Shown in pieces: positions 7,983 through 16,596 of a stretch of 25,045 bases of DNA. The first letter of the stretch is position 1. Each line of letters opens with the position of its first letter. This DNA is from a virus (taxonomy: Duplodnaviria; Caudoviricetes), in IMG/VR virus record IMGVR_UViG_3300012940_000100, positions 1 through 25,045 of that record; one strand, 5' to 3'. Position numbers and translations under genes: made by a program. The notes under the pieces were generated by a model, which saw only the letters and a program-made list of their open reading frames with translations, ran no database searches and was not told the origin of the DNA.

Positions 7983-8003
7983 TCCCACCCTCTGGAGACC
8001 CCC

Positions 8004-8243
8004 ATGAGCGACAGACCCACACTGAAATTGCCTGAGAAGCCGGGCGAGAATAAGCCTGAAGAGCCCAAGGGCAAGATGCTGAAGGTTACCCTTCTGCGCG
8101 ACTACTGGCCGTCCACGACGCCCGGCAAGGATGCGAAAAAGGGTGAGACGATCACCCTGCCGATGGACGAAGCCCTTGCGCTTCTGAACGCCGATCCGCC
8201 CAAGGCCAAGCGTGCGGACAAGTTTACGCCGGAAGATGTCTGA
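8004..8243 (+). CDS. Hypothetical head-region protein (79 aa)
   Basis: GGAGA RBS; phage-like codon usage. Confidence 0.8.
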   Translation: MSDRPTLKLPEKPGENKPEEPKGKMLKVTLLRDYWPSTTPGKDAKKGETITLPMDEALALLNADPPKAKRADKFTPEDV

Positions 8244-8598
8244 CGGTGACGGCGCCCCTCCGGACGTGGAATATCTGCGTCCCGGGCCTGACTGGCGGTT
8301 TTTCGGCTTCGACCGGGCGAAAGGCATCCTGGAATGGGCGCGTCCGGTCGATGGCGTTGTGGAGATCATGACGCAGCACATCTACACCGGCGCTCTACTC
8401 GACCAGAACCGGGAAGAAGAGGCAGCTTCGAACGGGGTTGCTTACGGCAACGGCCGTGTCGTGGCGCGTGTGCCGGAAAATCTCGCCTACAAGCTCGGAC
8501 TGATGGACGCGGTGCGCAACAAGGACAAGCGGTTCATCGCGAAAATCCTCAATGACATCGATTATCGCGGCTTCCGGACGTTTCGCGGGAGGGTGTAG
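8236..8598 (+). CDS. Hypothetical virion-module protein (120 aa)
   Basis: ATG 8236 overlaps the upstream gene end; C-terminal VARVP...LNDIDYRGFRTFRGRV pattern; stop coupled to the next gene. Confidence 0.75.
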   Translation: MSDGDGAPPDVEYLRPGPDWRFFGFDRAKGILEWARPVDGVVEIMTQHIYTGALLDQNREEEAASNGVAYGNGRVVARVPENLAYKLGLMDAVRNKDKRFIAKILNDIDYRGFRTFRGRV

Positions 8599-9209
8599 TG
8601 GCGATTGGGACGTACTCGGACCTCGCGACAGCTGTCGGCAATTATCTGGAGCGCGGCTCAACGCTCAACAGCGCCATGCCGACCTTCATTTCCGTCGTGG
8701 AGGACGAATGCAACCGCGTTCTGCGCACCATGGACATGGAGGCAACGGAGGATATCCCCAAGACTGGGGGCATCTACCCGCTTCCGGATGATTATCTCGA
8801 ATTCCGGCAGGCGATAGCGCTCGTATCGCCCCGCCGGCCGCTGGCTCTCGTTTCGCCGGAGTTCATCGAGGCGCAATATCCGACGCGCGAGGCAGGCATC
8901 CCGGCCTATTTCTCGCTGATCGCGGGCGGGATCGAGGTTGTCCCGGCGACCGACGCCGATGTGCGTCTTGTTTATTACGCAAGAATCCCCGGGCTGACGC
9001 AGGATAGCCCGACCAACTGGCTCCTGTCCCGGTCTCCGAATGTGTATCTGTTCGGATGTCTCCGGGAGGCGGCGATCTACATCCGGGACAGCGAAGCCAT
9101 TACGGGGTTTGAAAGCCGGTTCCAGAAGGCTTTGGCCGATCTGATCGCAGACGACAAAAGGCGCCGGTATCCGCGGTTCGGGGCGCGCCTTTCGATGGTG
9201 ACGCCCTGA
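8598..9209 (+). CDS. Head-tail adaptor protein
   Basis: TYSDLxxAVxxYLxR N-terminus, LPDDYLE, NWLLxxxPxxYLFGxL motifs; GGAGG RBS with GTG start. Confidence 0.85.
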   Translation: MAIGTYSDLATAVGNYLERGSTLNSAMPTFISVVEDECNRVLRTMDMEATEDIPKTGGIYPLPDDYLEFRQAIALVSPRRPLALVSPEFIEAQYPTREAGIPAYFSLIAGGIEVVPATDADVRLVYYARIPGLTQDSPTNWLLSRSPNVYLFGCLREAAIYIRDSEAITGFESRFQKALADLIADDKRRRYPRFGARLSMVTP

Positions 9210-10639
9210 TGCCGATTGAGCTTGGCCCCTTCGCTCCGGACATCGCGGGGCAGGACGCCAACGTCTGCGAGCTCGTTCAGAACGCGCTTCCCCTTGGGCG
9301 GGGATATGGCCCGGCGAACGATCTGGCTCCCTATTCGGAAGCATTGAATGACGATATCCCGAGCACCATCCTCACGGTGCAGCGTCCCGATCTGGTCTAT
9401 GCGACGTATGTCCTGACGGATGTCGCGGCCTACCGGCTGAACGATGGCGCGCTTGATGATGTGACGAACGCGGGAGGTGCCTACGCCGCGACGGATCGGT
9501 GGTCAGGCACGCTCTACGGTTCGACGCTCCTGTGCGCCACAAAAGCGGAGGATGTACAGTCGATTGATGTCGTATCGGGCTCGAATTTCGTGAGCGAGCC
9601 GACGCTCCCGAAGTGCGGCGGCGTGACGACGTTCAACGATGTGGCGATTTATTACCGGCAGGCCGATAACCCGAAGGCGATCACGTGGTCTGACGTGAAC
9701 AATTATTCGGATGTGACAAACGGCCTTGCGGACACGCAGGAATTCCCGGATGGCGGCGAGGTCATGCATGTCTCGCAGGCATCCCGCCTGATCATCCAGG
9801 AATCGATGATCCGGCAAATCATACCGACCGGCACCGAGGAAATGTTCAATTTCCAGGTTTTGGCGCAGCAGAAGGGAACCATCGCCCCGCATTCGTGCAT
9901 CCAGTTCGGCCCCATGGTTGCCTTCTACTCGCAGAACGGGTTCAAGCTGGTTGCAACGGGGCAGGAGCAGGACATAGGCCGGGATTCGGTCGATGAATGG
10001 TTCCGCGAACATCTTTTCGAAGGGCGTACCGCGCAGATACAGGGCGCGCTTGACCCGCGATATCCGCGTCTGTGGTGGGCGTTCCCGACCGCAGATGCCG
10101 ATATCAACGACATGATGATCGGATATGACTGGCGGGCAAAAAAATGGTGTGTCACCACAGTCGGGACATACGCGCTTGCCACGGCCGCGCAGTCTGGCAT
10201 GTCGATCGACAGCCTCGACAGCCTGTACCCGAATATCGACGCAATGGATCTGCCGCTCGACAGTCCTGTGTTTCAGGGCGGCAAGCCTGTCCTTTCAGCT
10301 ATCGGAGAGAACAAGAGGCTGTCCTATTTCGAGGGAGATCCTCTCGCCACGACGATCAGGACATCTTCCTACAATTTCGGGCAGAGCCGCAGATCGATGC
10401 TTTCCGGCGTCAGGCCAATATTGAGCGGGGCGGGGGTGTCTGCCCGGGTAAACAGGCGTCAGACGCTGGGCGGCCCGGGAAGCTGGACCGCGCTTTCGGA
10501 ACAGCAAATGTCAGGGAAAATCCCCCTCAGGGCGGACGGGTTCTGGCATCAGATCGAATTTACGATACCGGCCGGGACGAACTGGAACAAATTTTCCGGG
10601 TTCGAGCCGTTCTTCACGCCATCGGCAGCGCAACGATGA
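9209..10639 (+). CDS. Tail nozzle/hub protein (P22 gp10 / T7 gp12 analogue)
   Basis: 476 aa, beta-rich, follows the adaptor with TGATG coupling; WSDxNN and GTIAPHS motifs. Confidence 0.8.
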   Translation: MPIELGPFAPDIAGQDANVCELVQNALPLGRGYGPANDLAPYSEALNDDIPSTILTVQRPDLVYATYVLTDVAAYRLNDGALDDVTNAGGAYAATDRWSGTLYGSTLLCATKAEDVQSIDVVSGSNFVSEPTLPKCGGVTTFNDVAIYYRQADNPKAITWSDVNNYSDVTNGLADTQEFPDGGEVMHVSQASRLIIQESMIRQIIPTGTEEMFNFQVLAQQKGTIAPHSCIQFGPMVAFYSQNGFKLVATGQEQDIGRDSVDEWFREHLFEGRTAQIQGALDPRYPRLWWAFPTADADINDMMIGYDWRAKKWCVTTVGTYALATAAQSGMSIDSLDSLYPNIDAMDLPLDSPVFQGGKPVLSAIGENKRLSYFEGDPLATTIRTSSYNFGQSRRSMLSGVRPILSGAGVSARVNRRQTLGGPGSWTALSEQQMSGKIPLRADGFWHQIEFTIPAGTNWNKFSGFEPFFTPSAAQR

Positions 10640-10935
10640 GACAGGTCAACACAACCGTCCCCGATCTGTTTGAGATCGCGCAGGCCGTCTATCAGCTTGT
10701 GATCGGCCGCCACAACGGCGCGGGCGAGGCTGTTCTTACGCCGAACGAGACGACGACCACGGTGACGAACCCGGTCATATCGAGAGGGTCGAAAATCGTC
10801 CTCCAGGCCGGGCCGGGCACATGGTCTTCAACCGACATGCGCGTGTCGGCCGTGGACAAGGGCGAATTCACGATCACGCACTCGGACGAGGCGGCGACGG
10901 ATCGCGTGGTCTACTGGATGATCGCGGGCGGATGA
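10636..10935 (+). CDS. Small tail-associated structural protein (99 aa)
   Basis: ATGA coupling on both sides; N-terminal helix then beta-rich domain; true start 10636, not 10144. Confidence 0.75.
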   Translation: MRQVNTTVPDLFEIAQAVYQLVIGRHNGAGEAVLTPNETTTTVTNPVISRGSKIVLQAGPGTWSSTDMRVSAVDKGEFTITHSDEAATDRVVYWMIAGG

Positions 10936-11342
10936 TCGAGGTCGGCCTTGTCCCGCCCGAAAAGGTCCCGCGTCTCAGAAATGCCCTTACGCCGCTTATC
11001 GCGCGGCTGACGCGCCTGAGTGATGACTGGCCCATTGACCGGGTGATCGCGGAGGCGGGCGCGGGGCGGCTCGACCTCTGGTTCGGAATCGATGGCGGGC
11101 GGCTTGCCATGGTGGCGGGGTGCTTGCGTCAGGAAACCGCGAGCGGGAAGCCGGTCTACTGGGTCGAATTCGTGGCCGGTGAAAACCTTGGCAGGTACGG
11201 ACGACCGATCCTTGCGGAAATCAAGACATTCGCGCGCGCGAACAATGCGCGCATCGAGGCCAAGGGCCGCCTTGGTTGGAAAAGGTGGGAAAAACATCTC
11301 GGTCTGAGGCGCAAGGCCATCATCTACGAAGTTGAGGATTGA
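10932..11342 (+). CDS. GNAT-fold acetyltransferase-like protein
   Basis: ATGA coupling; VEFVAG...EIKTFARANNARIEAKGRLGWKR pattern; position before the first ejection gene. Confidence 0.65.
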   Translation: MIEVGLVPPEKVPRLRNALTPLIARLTRLSDDWPIDRVIAEAGAGRLDLWFGIDGGRLAMVAGCLRQETASGKPVYWVEFVAGENLGRYGRPILAEIKTFARANNARIEAKGRLGWKRWEKHLGLRRKAIIYEVED

Positions 11343-11344
11343 AC

Positions 11345-12364
11345 ATGGGCGGCGGTAGCAACAGCACGACCACAACGAATGTCCCGTGGAAGGAAGCTCA
11401 GCCCTATTACAAAAAGGGCTTTCAGGCGCTTGGCGGGCTTCTGGATTCGTCCACAGGCACACAGCAGGCCTATGCCGGTCCGCGTGTCGCCGGGTTCTCC
11501 GAACCCTCGCAAATGGGTCTTGACGCCACGGTTGCGACCGCCATGCAGGGATCCCCGATCACGGGGAATGCTGTAGGGGCGGTGAGCAATATCACGGGCA
11601 ATATGGGCATCACGCAACCTATGCTTGATGTGACGCAGGGCGCGAACGCCGTGGCGACCGGCCAGATCGGCGCGAATGCCATCGGGTCCAATCTGGCGGG
11701 CATTGCCGGCAATCAGGGTGCGATTGATCCCTACACACAGCAGGCCATAGAGACGGCCATGCAGGGCGCGATTGACCAAGGCAAGGCGGCCCTGAGCGCC
11801 AAGGGCCGCTACGGATCGAACAAGGCGACAGCCAACCTCCTCACGGGCGCGGCCACGAAGGCGGCGGCGCCGATAGCGGCGCAGGCAGCGCAGCAGAACA
11901 TTCAGAACAAGATCAATGCGTCGTCCCTGATGTCCAATGAACAGTTGGCGAATATCGGGAACATGACGAACGCCGGAATGAACCTTGCCGACATGTATGG
12001 CGATGCCCAGACCCGCGCCCTGCAGGGCGCCGGTATTTCCGGGGCGGTCAACGATCTGCGCTATGCGGACGCCAATGCCTTGATGCGGGCCGGGTCTGCC
12101 TATGACACGCAGCAGCAGCAGACGCTTGACGCGCTGATGGCGCAGTACAACGAAAACCGCGACCTGCCGTGGCAGCAGCTTGGCCTTTACGGCAACATTC
12201 TTTCCGGAACGTCCAATAACTACGGACAGCAGACATCGACGCAGCCCGGCACATCCCCCATAACATCCGCCATCGGCGGCGCGATGACGGGCACCGGGCT
12301 TCTTGGCCCAGGGTTCGGCACCGTGCTCGGTGGCGGGCTCGGCTTGCTTGGGGGGTTGCTGTGA
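11345..12364 (+). CDS. DNA ejection/internal virion protein 1
   Basis: GAGGA RBS; MGGGSNSTTTTNVPW start; A/G/Q/N-rich; PWQQLxxY motif and glycine-zipper C-terminus. Confidence 0.8.
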   Translation: MGGGSNSTTTTNVPWKEAQPYYKKGFQALGGLLDSSTGTQQAYAGPRVAGFSEPSQMGLDATVATAMQGSPITGNAVGAVSNITGNMGITQPMLDVTQGANAVATGQIGANAIGSNLAGIAGNQGAIDPYTQQAIETAMQGAIDQGKAALSAKGRYGSNKATANLLTGAATKAAAPIAAQAAQQNIQNKINASSLMSNEQLANIGNMTNAGMNLADMYGDAQTRALQGAGISGAVNDLRYADANALMRAGSAYDTQQQQTLDALMAQYNENRDLPWQQLGLYGNILSGTSNNYGQQTSTQPGTSPITSAIGGAMTGTGLLGPGFGTVLGGGLGLLGGLL

Positions 12365-12770
12365 TGGTCGCAATTCGCAGCCCGTTCTACACCGATAATC
12401 CCAGGTTGCAAGATGACGCGTCGAGACGTAACGACGCCCTGGGCGATTTTTTTCTCCGGGGTCGCCGGATAAATTTATCCAGTGGTGGCGATAAGGCAGA
12501 GCCGACCCCCGGCAACGGTCTTTATCTTCCACCGACCAATCTAAACCCGGCGACAGACCCCGAAGCGTGGCAGAACGCCTACAATGCCATCATCCAGGGT
12601 AATATCGGCTATACCCCGATTGTTCCCGGGCAATATTATCCGGGGATGATCGCGGGCGGCGGTCAGGCATCGCCCAATGTGAATGTCACGCAGCCGGGAC
12701 ACGCCTATACGCCGTTCAACTATTCCGCATTCGGGGCACCTGCAGCGATGGGCGGCGGGCTCGGCTTGCT
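12332..12770 (+). repeat. 17-bp direct repeat ggcgggctcggcttgct at 12332-12348 and 12754-12770
   Basis: Exact match; both copies lie in near-terminal GGGLGLLGG coding sequence of consecutive genes. Confidence 0.9.
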
Positions 12771-12780
12771 CGGAGGGTAG
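12364..12780 (+). CDS. Hypothetical P/G/N/Y-rich protein in the ejection cluster (138 aa)
   Basis: TGATG coupling; fills the gap between ejection genes; ends GGGLGLLGG. Confidence 0.7.
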   Translation: MVAIRSPFYTDNPRLQDDASRRNDALGDFFLRGRRINLSSGGDKAEPTPGNGLYLPPTNLNPATDPEAWQNAYNAIIQGNIGYTPIVPGQYYPGMIAGGGQASPNVNVTQPGHAYTPFNYSAFGAPAAMGGGLGLLGG

Positions 12781-12783
12781 TGA

Positions 12784-13818
12784 ATGTTCGGACTGTTTGA
12801 CCAGCAGAAGAAACCGGGCGGCCTGTTCGACCTCTCCAACATCAACCAGCCCATGCTCTATGCGGGCCTTGGCATGCTGTCCGGACGCAACAATCAGGAA
12901 GCGTTTGGCAATGCCGCTGCAGGCGCGCTGACCGGCTACAAGGTTCAGGAAGCCAAGGAAGAGAAGGACGAGAAGAAGAAGGCTCAACAGGCGCTCTCGC
13001 AGTATATCGGCGCGCAGGGCCTCGACCCGAACCTTGCCGCAGCATTGCAGGCGAACCCGCAGATGGCGCAGGCGTATGTCTCGCAGGCATTCAGGCCCGA
13101 TGCGAATTTGACGGCCGACCTGCGGGAATATTACGCAGCCAAAAAGGAGGGGTTCGACGGCAATTTCGTCGACTGGAAGGCGCGGGCGAGAGGCGGCGCG
13201 ACAGAACTTAGCCTGAACCCGCAATATGGTCTCGACGCCGAAGGGAATCCGGTTCTCATCCAGATCGGCAAGGACGGCAAGGCTGTGCGCACGGCTCTCC
13301 CCGATGGCGTTACGCTTGATCGCTCGTGGGTCAACGCGCAGAGCGAGGCCGGGAAGCTTCGCGGGCAGGCGCAGGCCGATCTCCCGGGCGCGCTGGAGAC
13401 GGCCAGAAATACCCTGAGCGTTATCGATCAGGCCCTTGCCCATCCTGGCAGGCAGGCGGCGACGGGCAAAAGCTCGGTTCTTGATCCTCGTAACTATATT
13501 CCCGGTACGGAGGCGCGCGATTACGTGGCCCTCCACAATCAGATCAAGGGCAGGGCGTTTCTCGAAGCGTACCAAACCCTCAAGGGCGGCGGGCAGATCA
13601 CCGAGATCGAGGGTATCAAGGCAGAGCAGGCCATCGCCCGCCTCGATCTTGCGCAGTCCGATGAAGCCTATGAGCGGGCCCTCCGCGATCTGCGGGACGT
13701 TGTTGAGCGCGGCATGGAGCGGGCAAGGCAGCGGGCAGGGGTCAAGGGGCCGGCGAGCCAGCAGCAGAGCGGCGGCAACCGCACATCAAGCGGCGTTCAG
13801 TGGAAGGTCGTCCAGTAA
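12784..13818 (+). CDS. DNA ejection/internal virion protein 2
   Basis: GGAGG RBS; MFGLFD...GGLFD start; helical; LKGGGQITEIEG motif. Confidence 0.8.
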   Translation: MFGLFDQQKKPGGLFDLSNINQPMLYAGLGMLSGRNNQEAFGNAAAGALTGYKVQEAKEEKDEKKKAQQALSQYIGAQGLDPNLAAALQANPQMAQAYVSQAFRPDANLTADLREYYAAKKEGFDGNFVDWKARARGGATELSLNPQYGLDAEGNPVLIQIGKDGKAVRTALPDGVTLDRSWVNAQSEAGKLRGQAQADLPGALETARNTLSVIDQALAHPGRQAATGKSSVLDPRNYIPGTEARDYVALHNQIKGRAFLEAYQTLKGGGQITEIEGIKAEQAIARLDLAQSDEAYERALRDLRDVVERGMERARQRAGVKGPASQQQSGGNRTSSGVQWKVVQ

Positions 13819-15758
13819 TGGCAACGCTCGAAATCAACGGCAAGCGTGTGGAGGTGGACGACAGCTTCATGTCGCTTTCGCCCGAACAGCAGAACGCGAC
13901 CGTTGACGAGATCGCGCAGAGCCTCGGCGGGGGTCAGCCGGAAGCACCCGCACCGGCGCGTGCAAACCCGAATTACGGCTTCATGGATGCTGTCTACGAC
14001 AAGCTGCCGTTCGGGGATGAAGTCGGCGCGCTCGGAGCGGCGGCGGGCAAGGCGGTTGGACGGGCAATCCGGGGAGGCGAAGGTTCTTTTGGCGAGGATT
14101 ATCAGATCGCCATGGAGGAGGCCCGCCAGAACCAGGAAGGCTACGCAGCCGAGAACCCCATCATGTCCGGGGTAGCGCACGGCGTGTCCATGCTGCCGAC
14201 CATGGCGATGGCTCCGGGCGCAAAGATCGCGCAGGGCGTTGCCGGCGGCATGAGGCAGGGCGCTATTCAGGGCGCATCAACCGGGGCGCTGTACGGCGCG
14301 GGCGAGGGGCAGGGAGTGGATCGCATTGGCAATGCCCTGACGGGCGGCGCTCTTGGCGGGGCCATGGGCGGCGCCCTCGGTGCGGTCGGCGGGGCGTTCA
14401 ATGCCCCGCCCTCAACTCCGGTCCTGAATGCTGCGGAAGAGGCTGCCACGCGTCTCGGCGCGCAGGTCCCGCGCGCCATTACGACCGACAGCATGCTCAT
14501 GCAGCGCGCCGGGCAGCATATCCGCAACGTCCCCGGCGCGGGCGAGGCGATGCAGAGGGGCATCGAGCGTGGTGTTCAGGGGCTGGATGACGCCGCGATG
14601 CGCACGGCCCGAGGACTAGGTAATGCGGCAGGCCCGGACGAGGCGGGCAGCGTGTTCCGCAAGGGTATCGAGAACTGGATCGGCACGAAATCAGCCGCGA
14701 AGGTGAAGGCGGCCTATGACGAGGTTGATCTTCTGATAGACCCGAACGCCACGGGCGGACAGCTTGCCAATACAATGAAGGCAACGCAGGAGATCGCGTC
14801 CCGGCGTCAGGCGGCGGGGCTTGGGCCGTCTGCGGCGGCACGCCTGGTCGAGGAAGCCTTGGGCCGCCCGAACGGGCTCACTTATCAGGGCATCAAGACG
14901 CTTCGTTCAGCGGTCGGGGAAATGCTCGACAATCCGTCGCGCTTGCCGGCTGATATTGGAGAGAGCGAACTTCGCCGGATATACGGCGCGCTGACGAATG
15001 ATTTGCGTGAGACGGTGGCGGCTGTCGGGAATCCGGGGGTCCTGCAGCGGTTCAATCGCGCCAATGCCCTGAACGCGGCCGTCGCGCGTCGTAGGGAAGC
15101 TCTGGACAGGCTGCTTGGCACGCGATCCGACGAACAGCTTGCCCGCAAGGTGCGGACCATGGCGGAAAGCGGCGCGGCAGGCGATACGGCCCTGCTGTTG
15201 AAGGCCCGGAAGGCCATGGACGGCGACGACTGGAACGATGTTGTTTCGACCGTGGTGGCCAATCTCGGCCGGGACGCGAACGGGCAATTTTCCCCGGCGC
15301 GATTTCTGACCGATTACGGCAAATTGTCGGAAGCCGGGAAGCGCGTCCTGTTCCGCAACCCGCAATCCCGGCAGGCGCTCGACGACATCGCGAAAGTATC
15401 GGAGCGCTACAAGGATGCGGCGAAATTCGGCAATCCGTCCGGCACGGCACAGAATGTCGGTTTCATGACGGCGGGCGCCGGCCTGCTCGCGGCGCCGATA
15501 ACAACAATCTCCAGCCTTGTCGGCGGCAATGTCATGGCGCGCATTCTGGCTTCTCCACGAAGCGTCCAGAGCATGGCGCAATGGGCAAAGGCCTATGATC
15601 TTGCGGTGCGCCGCCCGAGCCGAGGCGCAATCGGTATTGCGGAGCAGGCGTCGAGACGGTTTGCGAACCAGATCGGGGAGCAGCTTGGGATTGAAATCGA
15701 CCCGATGACGCTCATCCCAGGCCAATCGCCGGCAGGAACGTCTTCGCCTCTCCAGTGA
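13818..15758 (+). CDS. Large DNA ejection/internal virion protein 3 (646 aa)
   Basis: TAATG coupling at 13818; glycine-zipper hydrophobic segments (GALYGAGEG, GGALGGAMGGALG); helical A/R-rich body. Confidence 0.8.
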   Translation: MATLEINGKRVEVDDSFMSLSPEQQNATVDEIAQSLGGGQPEAPAPARANPNYGFMDAVYDKLPFGDEVGALGAAAGKAVGRAIRGGEGSFGEDYQIAMEEARQNQEGYAAENPIMSGVAHGVSMLPTMAMAPGAKIAQGVAGGMRQGAIQGASTGALYGAGEGQGVDRIGNALTGGALGGAMGGALGAVGGAFNAPPSTPVLNAAEEAATRLGAQVPRAITTDSMLMQRAGQHIRNVPGAGEAMQRGIERGVQGLDDAAMRTARGLGNAAGPDEAGSVFRKGIENWIGTKSAAKVKAAYDEVDLLIDPNATGGQLANTMKATQEIASRRQAAGLGPSAAARLVEEALGRPNGLTYQGIKTLRSAVGEMLDNPSRLPADIGESELRRIYGALTNDLRETVAAVGNPGVLQRFNRANALNAAVARRREALDRLLGTRSDEQLARKVRTMAESGAAGDTALLLKARKAMDGDDWNDVVSTVVANLGRDANGQFSPARFLTDYGKLSEAGKRVLFRNPQSRQALDDIAKVSERYKDAAKFGNPSGTAQNVGFMTAGAGLLAAPITTISSLVGGNVMARILASPRSVQSMAQWAKAYDLAVRRPSRGAIGIAEQASRRFANQIGEQLGIEIDPMTLIPGQSPAGTSSPLQ

Positions 15759-15894
15759 TCAGCATGGTCGTGTAGAACATGCCGAGAAAGTAGAGCAGGG
15801 CGTAGGGTACGGCGCTCCAGTTGATGGCGGGAGGAACGGGCTCGCGGTATTCGCCGGTCTTGGGGTCTTTTTCGAGGTCGATGGGGTCGTTCAT
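15712..15894 (-). CDS. Small single-pass membrane protein (60 aa), moron
   Basis: TGATG coupling to the lipoprotein gene; charged N-terminus then hydrophobic WSAVPYALLYFLGMFYTTMLI. Confidence 0.7.
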   Translation of the reverse strand: MNDPIDLEKDPKTGEYREPVPPAINWSAVPYALLYFLGMFYTTMLITGEAKTFLPAIGLG

Positions 15895-16217
15895 CAGTAG
15901 CAGTTCGTCGTAGTGGTGCGGCCAAAAGTGTTAGACGTGCAATTGGTCATCACACGACGCGGCTGCGATGCCTGTATGATGGCGAGTCCGGCCATAGCCC
16001 CTTGTCGTTGCGAGTGGATGGCCTGATTGCGAAGGTCGGCTTGCTGCATCCGACAAACTCCATAGGCTTCGGTGTTTGGGTTAAAGCCATAGGACTGACA
16101 AGTCGCATCGTCCTTTTCAGCGATCTTGGTCTTGCTCAAAAAGGCTTCACCATATCCGGGGCCAGTTGGCCCGCAGCCGAGAAGCGCGAGCGGCGCAAGA
16201 AGGATGAAGCGTTTCAT
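15894..16217 (-). CDS. Lipoprotein (107 aa), moron; candidate superinfection exclusion factor
   Basis: Signal MKRFILLAPLALLG-C lipobox; CQSYG...YGVC and C-terminal NC...NC cysteine pairs; lower GC. Confidence 0.85.
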   Translation of the reverse strand: MKRFILLAPLALLGCGPTGPGYGEAFLSKTKIAEKDDATCQSYGFNPNTEAYGVCRMQQADLRNQAIHSQRQGAMAGLAIIQASQPRRVMTNCTSNTFGRTTTTNCY

Positions 16218-16582
16218 TGTTCCCCCAACGAGTTCAGAAGTTTTAGCGATTCCTCGCGCGTCATTTCCGGAGCCTGAGGGTAGGCCGAAACTGGATAGAC
16301 CGTTTCCGTTGAAAAGGCATTGGGCGGTAATGGGTGATCGCCAGTTGATATGCGGGCCGCTCCGGCGATCCTCTCCGTTTTGACCACGGTCGACCGCCGA
16401 ACAAGATCCTGAAGAAGCCGCTCGCGCAGACCGCGCAGACCTTCATTGTGAATCGTCACGGCATAGAGCCGCGGATTCCATTCGCCATCCGAAGGCACCC
16501 AAGACCACGAAACAAACGCCATGACCGCCGCTGGGAGAGCAGCCAGCGCGGCCATCGGCGCATGTCGTCTCAGAAGACCCAT
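16214..16582 (-). CDS. Membrane-anchored hypothetical protein, moron (start uncertain: 16582 or 16597)
   Basis: N-terminal hydrophobic stretch MAALAALPAAVMAFVSW; ATGA overlap with the lipoprotein gene. Confidence 0.6.
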   Translation of the reverse strand: MGLLRRHAPMAALAALPAAVMAFVSWSWVPSDGEWNPRLYAVTIHNEGLRGLRERLLQDLVRRSTVVKTERIAGAARISTGDHPLPPNAFSTETVYPVSAYPQAPEMTREESLKLLNSLGEQ

Positions 16583-16596
16583 GAGAGATTCAATCA

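Noticed and set aside
7940-7985. Capsid stop read-through or frameshift extension (TGA-C followed by a hairpin)
   Set aside because: An in-frame TAA follows two codons later and I see no slippery heptamer
6372-8381. 669-aa minus-strand ORF
   Set aside because: Antisense to scaffold and capsid genes with strong codon bias; no domain signal
16219-16235. Possible alphaproteobacterial LexA box (GTTC...GTTC)
   Set aside because: Spacer is 9 nt instead of 7 and it lies inside coding sequence
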